From NCBI GenBank assembly GCA_050951325.1, contig JBMNIW010000001.1, positions 256,001 to 320,000 on the forward strand: DNA of 64,000 nucleotides. The letters run 5' to 3'. A program made the translations under genes and the position numbers. Source of the stretch: Clostridia bacterium (lineage in GTDB: Bacteria > Bacillota > Clostridia > UBA1212 > DUPL01). The notes beneath the pieces were generated by a model, which saw only the letters and a list, made by a program, of their open reading frames with translations, had not been told where the DNA came from and searched no databases. Numbering within the stretch: position 1 is the first letter of the stretch; every line of letters begins with the position of its first letter. This document shows, one piece after another, positions 25,326 through 34,395 of the stretch.

Positions 25326-26210
25326 CTATCTGTATTTAATAACTACCTCGTCAACAATTGTCTTTGCAAAGTGGTTGAACAGTTTCAAAACACCCGTTTG
25401 GTCTTTTAGATTGTTTGCTGCCTTGTATATTTCATTGCCCTCGCCATCGTAAACAATTAGTTCGTCACCAACCATGTCAACGTGCATGAATAGTTCATCA
25501 TCTGCATAGTAGTATACAAGCCCGTTTGCATCAACGATTGTAAGTTTGTGTGTTTCCTTGAAACTAACCGGAACGTTTATCTTGCATGCTCCCTTTGGCC
25601 AGTGTGCTGGTACCCCATGATAGAGAACCAGTTCATTACTCTCAGTAACCGATAGATACAAACCACTATCCAAATCAGAAGGCTTGTAATCTTCGCCGCC
25701 AGGCTCATACACCCTTATACCTACAATGCATCCCATCCATACTTCCTGGTGAGAATCAGGATATGAGGTTTGAAAAGTTATGTGGTACTCATACTGGCTA
25801 ATAGTCTCATCAAAGTCACAGTATACCCCAGGCGCATAAGTTTGGGCTGCATCGAACCATTCATCAGTAGTTCCAATGTAGCTGAGGTAGAGCCTGTCAT
25901 CTATGATGCCATAATATTTTTGGTATCTCACAATGGCTTCAGGGCTGTACTGACCATCTTCAAAGTTATCTTCGAAAACCACGATAGCATCTTCTTGAGG
26001 TTTTCCAAGCTGGCTTTCATCAAGCTTTGGTAAACTTTCTGTAGGTTCGGGAGTCTCTTCAGGCTCCTTGGTGGTTGTAACTTCTTTAGTTTCAGAAGGA
26101 GTATTCTGCGGCTCCTTCGTTGTACCGGGTGTGTTTTGCTTGTTGCAGCTAATAAACACAAGAGACACCATTCCAATCAATATTAAAAGCAAAATACGTT
26201 TTATCCTCAT
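25326..26210 (-). CDS. Lipoprotein with uncharacterised locus-specific beta domain
   Basis: Lipobox FISC, Thr/Pro linker; WMGCIVGIRV, SGLYL, YHG..WPKGA, NNLKDQTG, FNH motifs shared with 28059, 31311, 32945. Confidence 0.8.
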   Translation of the reverse strand: MRIKRILLLILIGMVSLVFISCNKQNTPGTTKEPQNTPSETKEVTTTKEPEETPEPTESLPKLDESQLGKPQEDAIVVFEDNFEDGQYSPEAIVRYQKYYGIIDDRLYLSYIGTTDEWFDAAQTYAPGVYCDFDETISQYEYHITFQTSYPDSHQEVWMGCIVGIRVYEPGGEDYKPSDLDSGLYLSVTESNELVLYHGVPAHWPKGACKINVPVSFKETHKLTIVDANGLVYYYADDELFMHVDMVGDELIVYDGEGNEIYKAANNLKDQTGVLKLFNHFAKTIVDEVVIKYR

Positions 26211-26227
26211 ATTTGTTTTTACCTCCT

Positions 26228-28057
26228 TCAGTTCACGAAAACATAGTTAAGTCTTCCGTAAGGTGCGGTATCGCCATCGAGATAGAAGGACCAGAAATCT
26301 CCTTCTCCCTGATAGTTGTCGCTCCACTTGAACTCAATGTTTATTTCACTTCCAATGTCCAAACCAAGTGCATTCTTTGGAATTGAGAACATAAGCTTGT
26401 TACCTTCTGCCTTGTACTCAATTTCGGATACCTTTTCCCAATCCCAACCGCCTTTGCATTTCTCAACAACAGTTTTAGTATTGGAAAGAATCTGACGATT
26501 TATAACAAAGTCATATCCGTACCAATTGTCTTCGTTGTTTCCCGTTTTAATAAACAGGTTCATCCAATGTTCGTCCGTATACGGACTCAAAGGCTCTTTG
26601 GTTTCAACATAGAAATATACATTCTCACCATCATGTGTAACCTTGCTAAGTACAATATCGTTTCTACCCGTTTCATTGACATATACAATTTTTCCAAATC
26701 CTCTTGCATTTCTATGCATGGTGTCTCCAGCATAATCAACGTATGAAGTCCCAATATCGTCCCACTGGGAAAAATCCCCCTTTATGTCCACACTTGAGTG
26801 TGTAATTTCCTTGTTTTCCTCAAGCTCCTTGTTATTTACCTGCGCAGCACCCTTGAACTTTCGGATATAGTAGATTAGCTGCATATAGTAGTTGTCACCG
26901 TATCCGCCTTTCATGGGCTGAATATCTCTTGAGTAATTGGCAGTGGCTGCATCAACAAAAATAGCCACATCATTGTACCTCTGTTCGGTGACATCGTACC
27001 ACTCATTAAGTCTATAAGCTATCCACTCATTCCATCCTGTTACAAAGATAATATCAGGATCCACGCTTATAGCGTATTCGAACTGTTCAGCAAAGTTGTA
27101 TCCATGCAAGTACGCATCTTCGGATTTATCTTCCTTGCCATTATGGAAGCTTCTGCTTCTAACAGTTTCGTCACCGTGGAAAGCTCCGTTTGAGAACGCA
27201 AGCGAACCTGTATGCTGTGCCACCGATACACTAATTATCGTAGTACCAAGCTCCTTGCCAAAAAGATGCTGGGGACGTTCAAAAGCCATCCAGGGAAAAC
27301 CGTCTTCCCTTTTCGCTTCCCTTGGCCATTGTGAATACCTGATTGTAAAGAACTCTTTAAATTCGTCGGTAAAGGCAGGGTCATCAGTCTTGCCCAGAAT
27401 CAAAGGCTTTCCATCCAATTCAAACCACAAATGGCTGTACTCACTATGAGCTTTATATATCTCATTGAAAATCTCCATCATGTGGGTTCCCGGATTATGC
27501 TTTGTAACAAATGCCACCTTCGGTACCTTATAACCTTGCTTATAAAATTCGTCCAACACTTCGAGCAAGACAAGTACATGTTCTTTGTATGTTGCGCCAT
27601 TTGACGAATCAAGTATGAGAAAATCAACACCTGCATCCGTTAAAAGCATGACATCCCTTTGCTTTACCCATTTGTCGGATCCTCTGAAATAGCCAAATAT
27701 GGATTCTCCCCACCAGTGAATTGTATTAACAGCGCCTCCACCTGCATTAATCCAGCGCTCGTCGGATTTAAAAGCTTCTGGGTCCTTCTCAAGAATTTTT
27801 GAAATATCATAAGGTCCTTGTGTTGTTTTTCCACCGTGGTTGATAAAATAGAACATGCCAACCAGTTTGTCCTTGTTGTATTCAGGTATATCCTTGTCCG
27901 CAGGCATGCCCAACACTCTGCCAAGATCGTCAACTCCGGCGTAAGCCAGCATACCACCATCACTTTTATTATCTATCAAATCATTATCCTCCTTGTTGCA
28001 TCCAATCAAGGCAGCCAATAATATAAATGCTGCTATAAACGTTACAATTCTTTTCAT
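26228..28057 (-). CDS. GH99/GH71-like putative glycoside hydrolase, lipoprotein
   Basis: Lipobox LIGC; DDLGR, HWWGESIFGYF, DAGVDF, DSSN, GWNEW, SRDIQP; paralog of 14302 and 18483. Confidence 0.72.
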   Translation of the reverse strand: MKRIVTFIAAFILLAALIGCNKEDNDLIDNKSDGGMLAYAGVDDLGRVLGMPADKDIPEYNKDKLVGMFYFINHGGKTTQGPYDISKILEKDPEAFKSDERWINAGGGAVNTIHWWGESIFGYFRGSDKWVKQRDVMLLTDAGVDFLILDSSNGATYKEHVLVLLEVLDEFYKQGYKVPKVAFVTKHNPGTHMMEIFNEIYKAHSEYSHLWFELDGKPLILGKTDDPAFTDEFKEFFTIRYSQWPREAKREDGFPWMAFERPQHLFGKELGTTIISVSVAQHTGSLAFSNGAFHGDETVRSRSFHNGKEDKSEDAYLHGYNFAEQFEYAISVDPDIIFVTGWNEWIAYRLNEWYDVTEQRYNDVAIFVDAATANYSRDIQPMKGGYGDNYYMQLIYYIRKFKGAAQVNNKELEENKEITHSSVDIKGDFSQWDDIGTSYVDYAGDTMHRNARGFGKIVYVNETGRNDIVLSKVTHDGENVYFYVETKEPLSPYTDEHWMNLFIKTGNNEDNWYGYDFVINRQILSNTKTVVEKCKGGWDWEKVSEIEYKAEGNKLMFSIPKNALGLDIGSEINIEFKWSDNYQGEGDFWSFYLDGDTAPYGRLNYVFVN

Positions 28058-28058
28058 C

Positions 28059-28949
28059 CTAACACCTTTCACTTACATTTTTTAAACGCATGAATACTGC
28101 AAAAAGTACAAAAGCTGCAATTATCATGGACAAAACAGCCATGAAAGAGTTGTCACCTGTTTCAGGATTTCCAGGCTCCGGCTCCGGAGCAGTAGCCACA
28201 TTGTAGATTTCAATGGAGTCAACTATGGTTTTTGTACTGTGATTGAATATCTTGAAATATCCAACCTGGTCTTTCAAATTGTTGTCGGCTTCATAGATAA
28301 CATTGCTGTCCTTGTCATAAGCAACAAGTTTGTCTCCTGAAATTTTTATGCTCAAGAACAACACTCTGGTTTCTTCTGGTGTATCCATGTAATACGAGAT
28401 TATATCATTGTCATCAACAATGTAAAGGGTATTGGTCTCTGCAAAGTTAGCCGGAATGTCAACAGTAAAAGCTCCTCCAGGCCAGCCACCGCCTCCATGA
28501 TAGACAACAGCCTTGTTGGTGTGGGCAATTCCTATATACAGTCCAGAGTTGGAATCCGCTGGCTTGAAATTGTTTTTGTCGTTGCCTGCAACCCTAATAC
28601 CCACCATGCATGAATACCAAAGGTCATTTCTGAAACCGTTACTCTTGAATTTGACAACATACTCATATTTCTCATGCTCCTCGTCAAACTCAAACTTTTC
28701 GTTGGCAATATATGCTTCAGCAGCATCTCCCCAGTCATTGTCGTTGGTGTTGAAGCCCATATAAAGCTGTTCATTCTCAATCTTGTGCCAAGCATTAAAG
28801 CGGAAAATAGCTTTAGGATTTGCCTGGTTGCCTGAAAAGTCATCAACATATATCAAATCTTTGGATGATGATGCTGTCACACCATTTGTAAATGCAAAAA
28901 ACATAACAAGAACAAGCATATAAAAAACAATATTTTTAGATTTAAACAT
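28059..28949 (-). CDS. Sortase-type (NPETG) surface protein with locus-specific beta domain
   Basis: Signal peptide; PEPEPG-NPETGD + hydrophobic helix + basic residues. Confidence 0.8.
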   Translation of the reverse strand: MFKSKNIVFYMLVLVMFFAFTNGVTASSSKDLIYVDDFSGNQANPKAIFRFNAWHKIENEQLYMGFNTNDNDWGDAAEAYIANEKFEFDEEHEKYEYVVKFKSNGFRNDLWYSCMVGIRVAGNDKNNFKPADSNSGLYIGIAHTNKAVVYHGGGGWPGGAFTVDIPANFAETNTLYIVDDNDIISYYMDTPEETRVLFLSIKISGDKLVAYDKDSNVIYEADNNLKDQVGYFKIFNHSTKTIVDSIEIYNVATAPEPEPGNPETGDNSFMAVLSMIIAAFVLFAVFMRLKNVSERC

Positions 28950-28972
28950 ATCTATTTCTCCCCTTTTGAATA

Positions 28973-29224
28973 AACTGCTATAAGATTAACAAAAAGCAAA
29001 TCGCTTGTCTTCTGATATATTGAGTGTATTTTAGATATATTGACATTTCTTTTAATATTCTGTATCATTAAAAACATCTACAGCGAATATGGATGTGAAA
29101 AATATGTCAGAAAACACTAATTCAGGCTATATTATGTACGTATCAAACGCCAAATCAGATACAAACCAGATATTCAATATATCTAAACCCAAGGAAATCT
29201 TCAGATTCAGACACGCCCATGCCT
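28973..29224 (+). repeat. 252-bp direct repeat, copy 1 (promoter + 5' fragment of the AraC gene)
   Basis: Aligns without gaps to 31195..31446 (14 mismatches counted by eye). Confidence 0.95.
29014..29043. promoter_or_regulatory. GATATATTGA-N10-GATATATTGA candidate AraC operator
   Basis: Direct repeat with 20-bp period; also at 31236 and 34304. Confidence 0.65.
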
Positions 29225-31194
29225 CGATAGTTTGACACTTGCTCACATATCCGATTTTCAGAAAAGCTCATAATATGAGCTTTTTTTATATATTTTTTGT
29301 CAAATTTCCCTAGTTAGCTATTGCGTAATGTCTCGTAATGTGATATAATATCAGGTATTGGAGGTGTCATTATGGCTATTAGAGTATCAATATCTAAATC
29401 AAAAAATGCCAAGTCATACTATCTGATAGAAGATGTTGTGAAAAATGGAAAGAGAACAACGCAGATAAGAGAAAAACTTGGCACTCATGAGGAACTGCTT
29501 AAAGAACTTAACGGACAAGATCCGTATGAATGGGCTAAGAAATACGCCGAGGAACTAAATAGAAAAGAAAAAGAAAACGAACAGGAAAAGAATATTATCG
29601 TTAAGTATTCCCCCACCAAGCAAATTATGAAGAATAAACAGAATACATTTAATGGCGGTTACCTGTTCTTGCAGAAAATCTATTATGAACTGGGTTTGCA
29701 TAAGATTTGCGATGAAATATCTGAAAAATACAAGTTTGAATATGACTTGAACTCAATACTCTCGAGACTACTATACAGTAGAATAATATACCCTTCCTCA
29801 AAACTATCTACGTATAAATTATCAAAAAGATTTTTTGAGCAGCCCAATTTTGACTTGCATCATATATACCGGGCCTTAAGTGTTTTGGCGGAAGAAAATG
29901 ATTTCATACAAGCCACAATCTATGAGAACAGTAAAAAAATATGCAATAGAAATACCAAAATACTATACTACGACTGTACAAACTATTATTTTGAAATTGA
30001 TTACGAGGAAGATGACAAGAGGTATGGTTATGGGAAGGGTCATAAGCCAAATCCCATAGTGCAAATGGGACTGTTCATGGACGGAAGCGGCATCCCTCTT
30101 GCTTTTAGCATCAATAGAGGTAATGCCAATGAACAAACAACAATGGTACCACTGGAAGAAAAGATACTATCTGACTTTAATCTGGCAAAATTTATTGTTT
30201 GTACAGATGCCGGATTGTCATCAACAGCAAACCGGAAATTCAACGACAAAGGCGACAGGGCTTTTATCACAACCCAGTCTGTAAAAAAACTAAAAGAACA
30301 CTTGAAAAACTGGGCCTTGAAACCGACGGGATGGAGTTTGCCAAATGACAGTACAGAATATGACATCAGCAAACTTGATGAAGAAGAATACAAGGACAAG
30401 GTTTTTTACAAAGATCGTTGGATTAAGGAAGACGGTTTGGAACAGAAACTAATAGTGACATTTTCATTCAAGTACAGAAAATATCAACAGCAAAAGCGCC
30501 AAGTTCATATCGAAAAGGCATTAAGCTTGCTTGAAACAGAACCGCAAAAATCAAACAAGAAGCGAAACAGCGACTACAAACGTTTTATCAAAAGCGTTAA
30601 TTGCACAGAAAGTGGAGAGATAGCCGATAATGAAGTTTATTATATTGACGAAGAACTTATTGCCAACGAGCAGAAATATGATGGGTTCTATGCGGTATGC
30701 ACAAACCTTGATGATGATGCTTCAGAAATTGCAAAAATCAACCATAGACGCTGGGAAATAGAAGAATGTTTTAGAATAATGAAAAGTGAGTTCAAAGCCA
30801 GACCTGTTCATTTGAAAGACAAGGATAGGATACTTGCACATTTTGCTACATGTTTTATGGCATTAATTCTGTATAGAATACTCGAGAAAAGACTTGAAGA
30901 AAAATATACATGCTGTGAAATTATTCAGTGTTTGAGAGATATGAATTTTACAGACGAAAATGGGTATGGATACAAACCTTGTTATACAAGAACCGACTTG
31001 ACTGATGATTTGCATAACGTTTTCGGATTCAGGACTGACTATGAAATAATTACAGAGAAAGAGATGAAAAAAATATTCAAGCTCACTAAAAAGTAAAAAC
31101 ATTACGCATTTTTATTGACACATCAAGAAGTCTACAAACCCACTAAATACAAGGGTTTGTAGACTTTTATCTTTCTACAAGTGTCAAAGATGAG
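29225..31194 (+). mobile_element. IS1634-family element (copy B)
   Basis: TIRs CGATAGTTTGACACTTG / CAAGTGTCAAAGATGAG; bounded exactly by the 252-bp repeat. Confidence 0.88.
29372..31096 (+). CDS. IS1634-family DDE transposase
   Basis: YYDCTNYYF, VQMGL, CTDAGL, DGFYAVCTN, RWEIEECFRIMK; TTGCGT-17-TATAAT promoter at 29321-29349. Confidence 0.92.
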   Translation: MAIRVSISKSKNAKSYYLIEDVVKNGKRTTQIREKLGTHEELLKELNGQDPYEWAKKYAEELNRKEKENEQEKNIIVKYSPTKQIMKNKQNTFNGGYLFLQKIYYELGLHKICDEISEKYKFEYDLNSILSRLLYSRIIYPSSKLSTYKLSKRFFEQPNFDLHHIYRALSVLAEENDFIQATIYENSKKICNRNTKILYYDCTNYYFEIDYEEDDKRYGYGKGHKPNPIVQMGLFMDGSGIPLAFSINRGNANEQTTMVPLEEKILSDFNLAKFIVCTDAGLSSTANRKFNDKGDRAFITTQSVKKLKEHLKNWALKPTGWSLPNDSTEYDISKLDEEEYKDKVFYKDRWIKEDGLEQKLIVTFSFKYRKYQQQKRQVHIEKALSLLETEPQKSNKKRNSDYKRFIKSVNCTESGEIADNEVYYIDEELIANEQKYDGFYAVCTNLDDDASEIAKINHRRWEIEECFRIMKSEFKARPVHLKDKDRILAHFATCFMALILYRILEKRLEEKYTCCEIIQCLRDMNFTDENGYGYKPCYTRTDLTDDLHNVFGFRTDYEIITEKEMKKIFKLTKK

Positions 31195-31446
31195 AACTGC
31201 TATAAGATTAACAAAAAGCAAATCGCTTGTCTTCTGATATATTGAGTGTATTTTAGATATATTGACATTTCTTTTAATATTCTGTATTATTTAAAACATC
31301 TACAGCGAATATGGATGTGAAAATTATGTCAGAAAACTCTAACTCCGGCTATATTTTATACGTATCAAACGCCAAATCAGATACAAGCCAAATAATCAAT
31401 ATATCTAAACCTCAGGAAATCTTCAGATTCAGACACGCCCACGCCT
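31195..31446 (+). repeat. 252-bp direct repeat, copy 2
   Basis: See 28973..29224. Confidence 0.95.
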
Positions 31447-32828
31447 TCATAGACAACAAGCTGTATCTTTGTCATAAGTTCGGTACCTGGCAGAAGAACG
31501 CAGAAACTTTCACACCGGATTGCTACTGTGAAGCAGAAAAAGGCAGAACGGAATACATATATAGAATCAACTTTTCAGTACAAGACTCCATGCCGTATCA
31601 TAACATAAAATACAAGTGGACTGCTTGTTTCATAGGAGCAAGAGTCTCTTCGCCCCATGGAGATGAAGCAAACCCATTGCATAAAGACTGCGGCTTTTAC
31701 ATAGCTATAGGCGACAGCAATAAAGCTGTAATATACCACGGCAAGGAGAGAACCTGGCCTCATGGCTGTTGTACAGTAAAACTTCCTGAAAACTTTTCAA
31801 CACCGCATACATTAATAGTAACTGATGACGGTGAAACTATTACCTATTCCATGATACTTTCCACAGGAGAAGAGAGAAATATTCTCAAAGCTTGCCTATC
31901 GGGCGAAGATATTCTTGTTTACGACAGCGGAAACAATCTTGTGTACAAGGAAAAAAACAATCTCAGAAACCGCAAGGGTGGCTACTTCAAGGTATTCAAC
32001 CACGAAGCCCAGACAATCATATCCTCTGTAAGCATACATAACAAAGAACTTAAAACAGGATGTCTGAAGATGGTATACAAAGACAGTTTTTCATCTTTTC
32101 GTACCAGTGAGGGCTTTAAACTTTTCTACATAACTCAAGGAGAAAGCAACTGCCTCATAAACCAGAACCTGTTGTCCCTCGAAAAAGACGACATTTTACT
32201 GATTTCGGCTTACGATACATATTTAATGAACGAAAACATGCCCATGACAAAGGTGCAGTTCAACAAGGAATTTTTATACAGATACTTCAGTCACGATGTG
32301 GTGGACAATGTGCTTACGTGCTTTAACAACAAGCAAATACGATTAAAAGGTGAAAAACTCTCGCTAATAAGGACAAAACTGCAGAATCTTAAAGAGTCTG
32401 AAAATGAGGATGACAGAATACCGGCCTTCATTCATCTGTATGAGATTCTGTTCTTGCTGTCAAGAGAGAAAAAGGGAGTTATTAGGGATGCAAGTCACAA
32501 CCCATATGTGTACAAAATTATTAACTACATAAATAAATATTACTCCACAATTTTTACTGTCGATGACATCGCAGAATATTGTGGAGTATCAAAACATCAT
32601 TTATGTCGTGTATTTAAAGAGAATATGAATATGACCATAATTTCATTCCTTAATCAAGCAAAAGTAAACAATGCATGCAAGGAACTTGTTGAAACGGATA
32701 ATCAAATCCTGCAGATTGCACTCAATAACGGTTTCAATTCAGCCTCCTACTTCAATTATGTATTTAAAAAGCAGACAGGTATATCACCGATTGAGTACAG
32801 GAACATACATACAAAGAAATCTAAATAA
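31311..32828 (+). CDS. AraC-family regulator with N-terminal locus-specific beta domain
   Basis: aa ~14-245 align with the surface proteins; then cupin-like region and HTH IALNNGFNSASYFNYVFKK; no signal peptide. Confidence 0.9.
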   Translation: MDVKIMSENSNSGYILYVSNAKSDTSQIINISKPQEIFRFRHAHAFIDNKLYLCHKFGTWQKNAETFTPDCYCEAEKGRTEYIYRINFSVQDSMPYHNIKYKWTACFIGARVSSPHGDEANPLHKDCGFYIAIGDSNKAVIYHGKERTWPHGCCTVKLPENFSTPHTLIVTDDGETITYSMILSTGEERNILKACLSGEDILVYDSGNNLVYKEKNNLRNRKGGYFKVFNHEAQTIISSVSIHNKELKTGCLKMVYKDSFSSFRTSEGFKLFYITQGESNCLINQNLLSLEKDDILLISAYDTYLMNENMPMTKVQFNKEFLYRYFSHDVVDNVLTCFNNKQIRLKGEKLSLIRTKLQNLKESENEDDRIPAFIHLYEILFLLSREKKGVIRDASHNPYVYKIINYINKYYSTIFTVDDIAEYCGVSKHHLCRVFKENMNMTIISFLNQAKVNNACKELVETDNQILQIALNNGFNSASYFNYVFKKQTGISPIEYRNIHTKKSK

Positions 32829-32934
32829 GGTCTTCGAAGTCAACACCTATGAAATCCAGACCACTTACTGTAACTTCCTCTTCCGTTTCAAATATCACAA
32901 CATCCATTTGCGGATCCTCGTATATCTTTTTCAT
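32821..32934 (-). CDS. 37-aa acidic peptide MKKIYEDPQMDVVIFETEEEVTVSGLDFIGVDFEDLI (not in ORF track)
   Basis: TAAGGAGGAGCTT-ATG: strong RBS fused to the upstream stop codon; YxxP leader-like motif. Confidence 0.75.
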   Translation of the reverse strand: MKKIYEDPQMDVVIFETEEEVTVSGLDFIGVDFEDLI

Positions 32935-32944
32935 AAGCTCCTCC

Positions 32945-34240
32945 TTACTCAAACCATGACCTTACAGCCGGATCAAGGCTGTCTGCTTCGTTGTTTTCAA
33001 CTATTTCCTGGTATACCCTTGAAAGCGAATTCTCCTGAACAGAGGTATATAAATAAATTATATTTCCATCGGAATCTTCACATTCAAGCCATACTCTCGC
33101 CAGAATAATTGTTTCCTTTGCAGTATCAGGTATGTTATATATGTAAATGGATTTGTACATATTACCATTCACATCAACATCAATCATCTCCGGCTGTGCA
33201 ACCAATCCATCAATCTTGCCAACCTGTTCCAAAACCATTATATTTGGATCTGACAATTTATCTTTCAGTATGACAAGTCCACCTAAATCTTTGACAGTGT
33301 ACTCTTTACCCTCATAGTCAAATACTTCACCAACACCCATTACATCAAAGCAGAATCTCAGACCCTGTCTCAAATCACTATCTACTATCTCGCCACTTTT
33401 GGTTCTGAAGGGTACCAGTGTTGATCTTATCTGGGAACCTGAATATGATGCAGCTGCTTCCGGAGCAGTTGGAACAGAATCATCCACACTGTATATCTCT
33501 ATGGAATCAACAATGGTTTTTGTACTATGGCTGAAAATCTTAAAGTACCCCGTCTGCCCCTTCAGATTGTTTGCCGCTTCATAAATAACATTGTCGTCCT
33601 TATCATATGCAGTAAGCATGTCTCCCGATATTTTAATTGACAGAAACAACACCCTGGGTTCTTCAGGTGTATCCATGTAGTACCTGACAGTGTCATTGTC
33701 ATCAACTATGTAAAGTGTATTAGTCTCCGCAAAGTTGGCTGGAATGTCAATACTAAAAGCTCCTCCAGGCCAACCGCCACTACCATGATAGACAACTGCT
33801 TTATTGGTGTGGGCAATTCCTACATACAGTCCAGAGTTGGCATCTCCTGGTTTAAAATCGTTCTTGTCGTTACCTGCAACCCTAATGCCTACCATGCATG
33901 AGTACCAAAGGTCATTTCTAAAGCCATTACTGTTGAATTTGACTACATACTCATATTTCTTATTCTCTTCATCAAAATCCAACCTTTGGTTTGCAATATA
34001 TGCTTCAGCAGCTTCTCCCCAGTCGTTGTCATTGATGTTAAAACCCATATACAATTGCTCATTTTCTATCTTGTGCCATGCATTAAAACGGAATATTGCC
34101 TTTGGATTGGCTTTATTATCCTCAAACCCATCACAATACACCAGTGTTTTTGTTGACGAGGCAGTTATGCCGCTTGTCAAACTGAATAATATAGCCAGGA
34201 TTAAAACAAATATGATAGTCTTCTTCCCTTTTACAAACAT
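32945..34240 (-). CDS. Secreted protein: locus-specific beta domain + C-terminal GSQIR...GLRF domain
   Basis: N-terminal ~250 aa closely similar to 28059..28949; C-terminus unrelated, without TM or sortase signal. Confidence 0.82.
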   Translation of the reverse strand: MFVKGKKTIIFVLILAILFSLTSGITASSTKTLVYCDGFEDNKANPKAIFRFNAWHKIENEQLYMGFNINDNDWGEAAEAYIANQRLDFDEENKKYEYVVKFNSNGFRNDLWYSCMVGIRVAGNDKNDFKPGDANSGLYVGIAHTNKAVVYHGSGGWPGGAFSIDIPANFAETNTLYIVDDNDTVRYYMDTPEEPRVLFLSIKISGDMLTAYDKDDNVIYEAANNLKGQTGYFKIFSHSTKTIVDSIEIYSVDDSVPTAPEAAASYSGSQIRSTLVPFRTKSGEIVDSDLRQGLRFCFDVMGVGEVFDYEGKEYTVKDLGGLVILKDKLSDPNIMVLEQVGKIDGLVAQPEMIDVDVNGNMYKSIYIYNIPDTAKETIILARVWLECEDSDGNIIYLYTSVQENSLSRVYQEIVENNEADSLDPAVRSWFE

Positions 34241-34303
34241 ATCCAAATCTCTCCTTTTTATCTGGTAAGCAAAGATTATCAAAAAGATTTCTATGTGTCT
34301 TCT

Positions 34304-34333
34304 GATATATTGAGGGAGATTTAGATATATTGA
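34304..34333. promoter_or_regulatory. GATATATTGA-N10-GATATATTGA candidate AraC operator
   Basis: Boxes identical to 29014 while the spacer differs. Confidence 0.65.
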
Positions 34334-34395
34334 TTTTTTTCTATGTTATATAGCAAAAACAATAAGAATTAATGTGATACGATAATACTGACTTA

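Noticed and set aside
22058-31194. Composite transposon formed by the two IS1634s
   Set aside because: Different TIRs and divergent transposases; copy B has its own duplication; no shared outer repeat
28973-31446. Diverged repeat pair as DGR template/variable region
   Set aside because: Mismatches include C/T changes and are not adenine-specific; no reverse transcriptase; the repeat abuts IS ends
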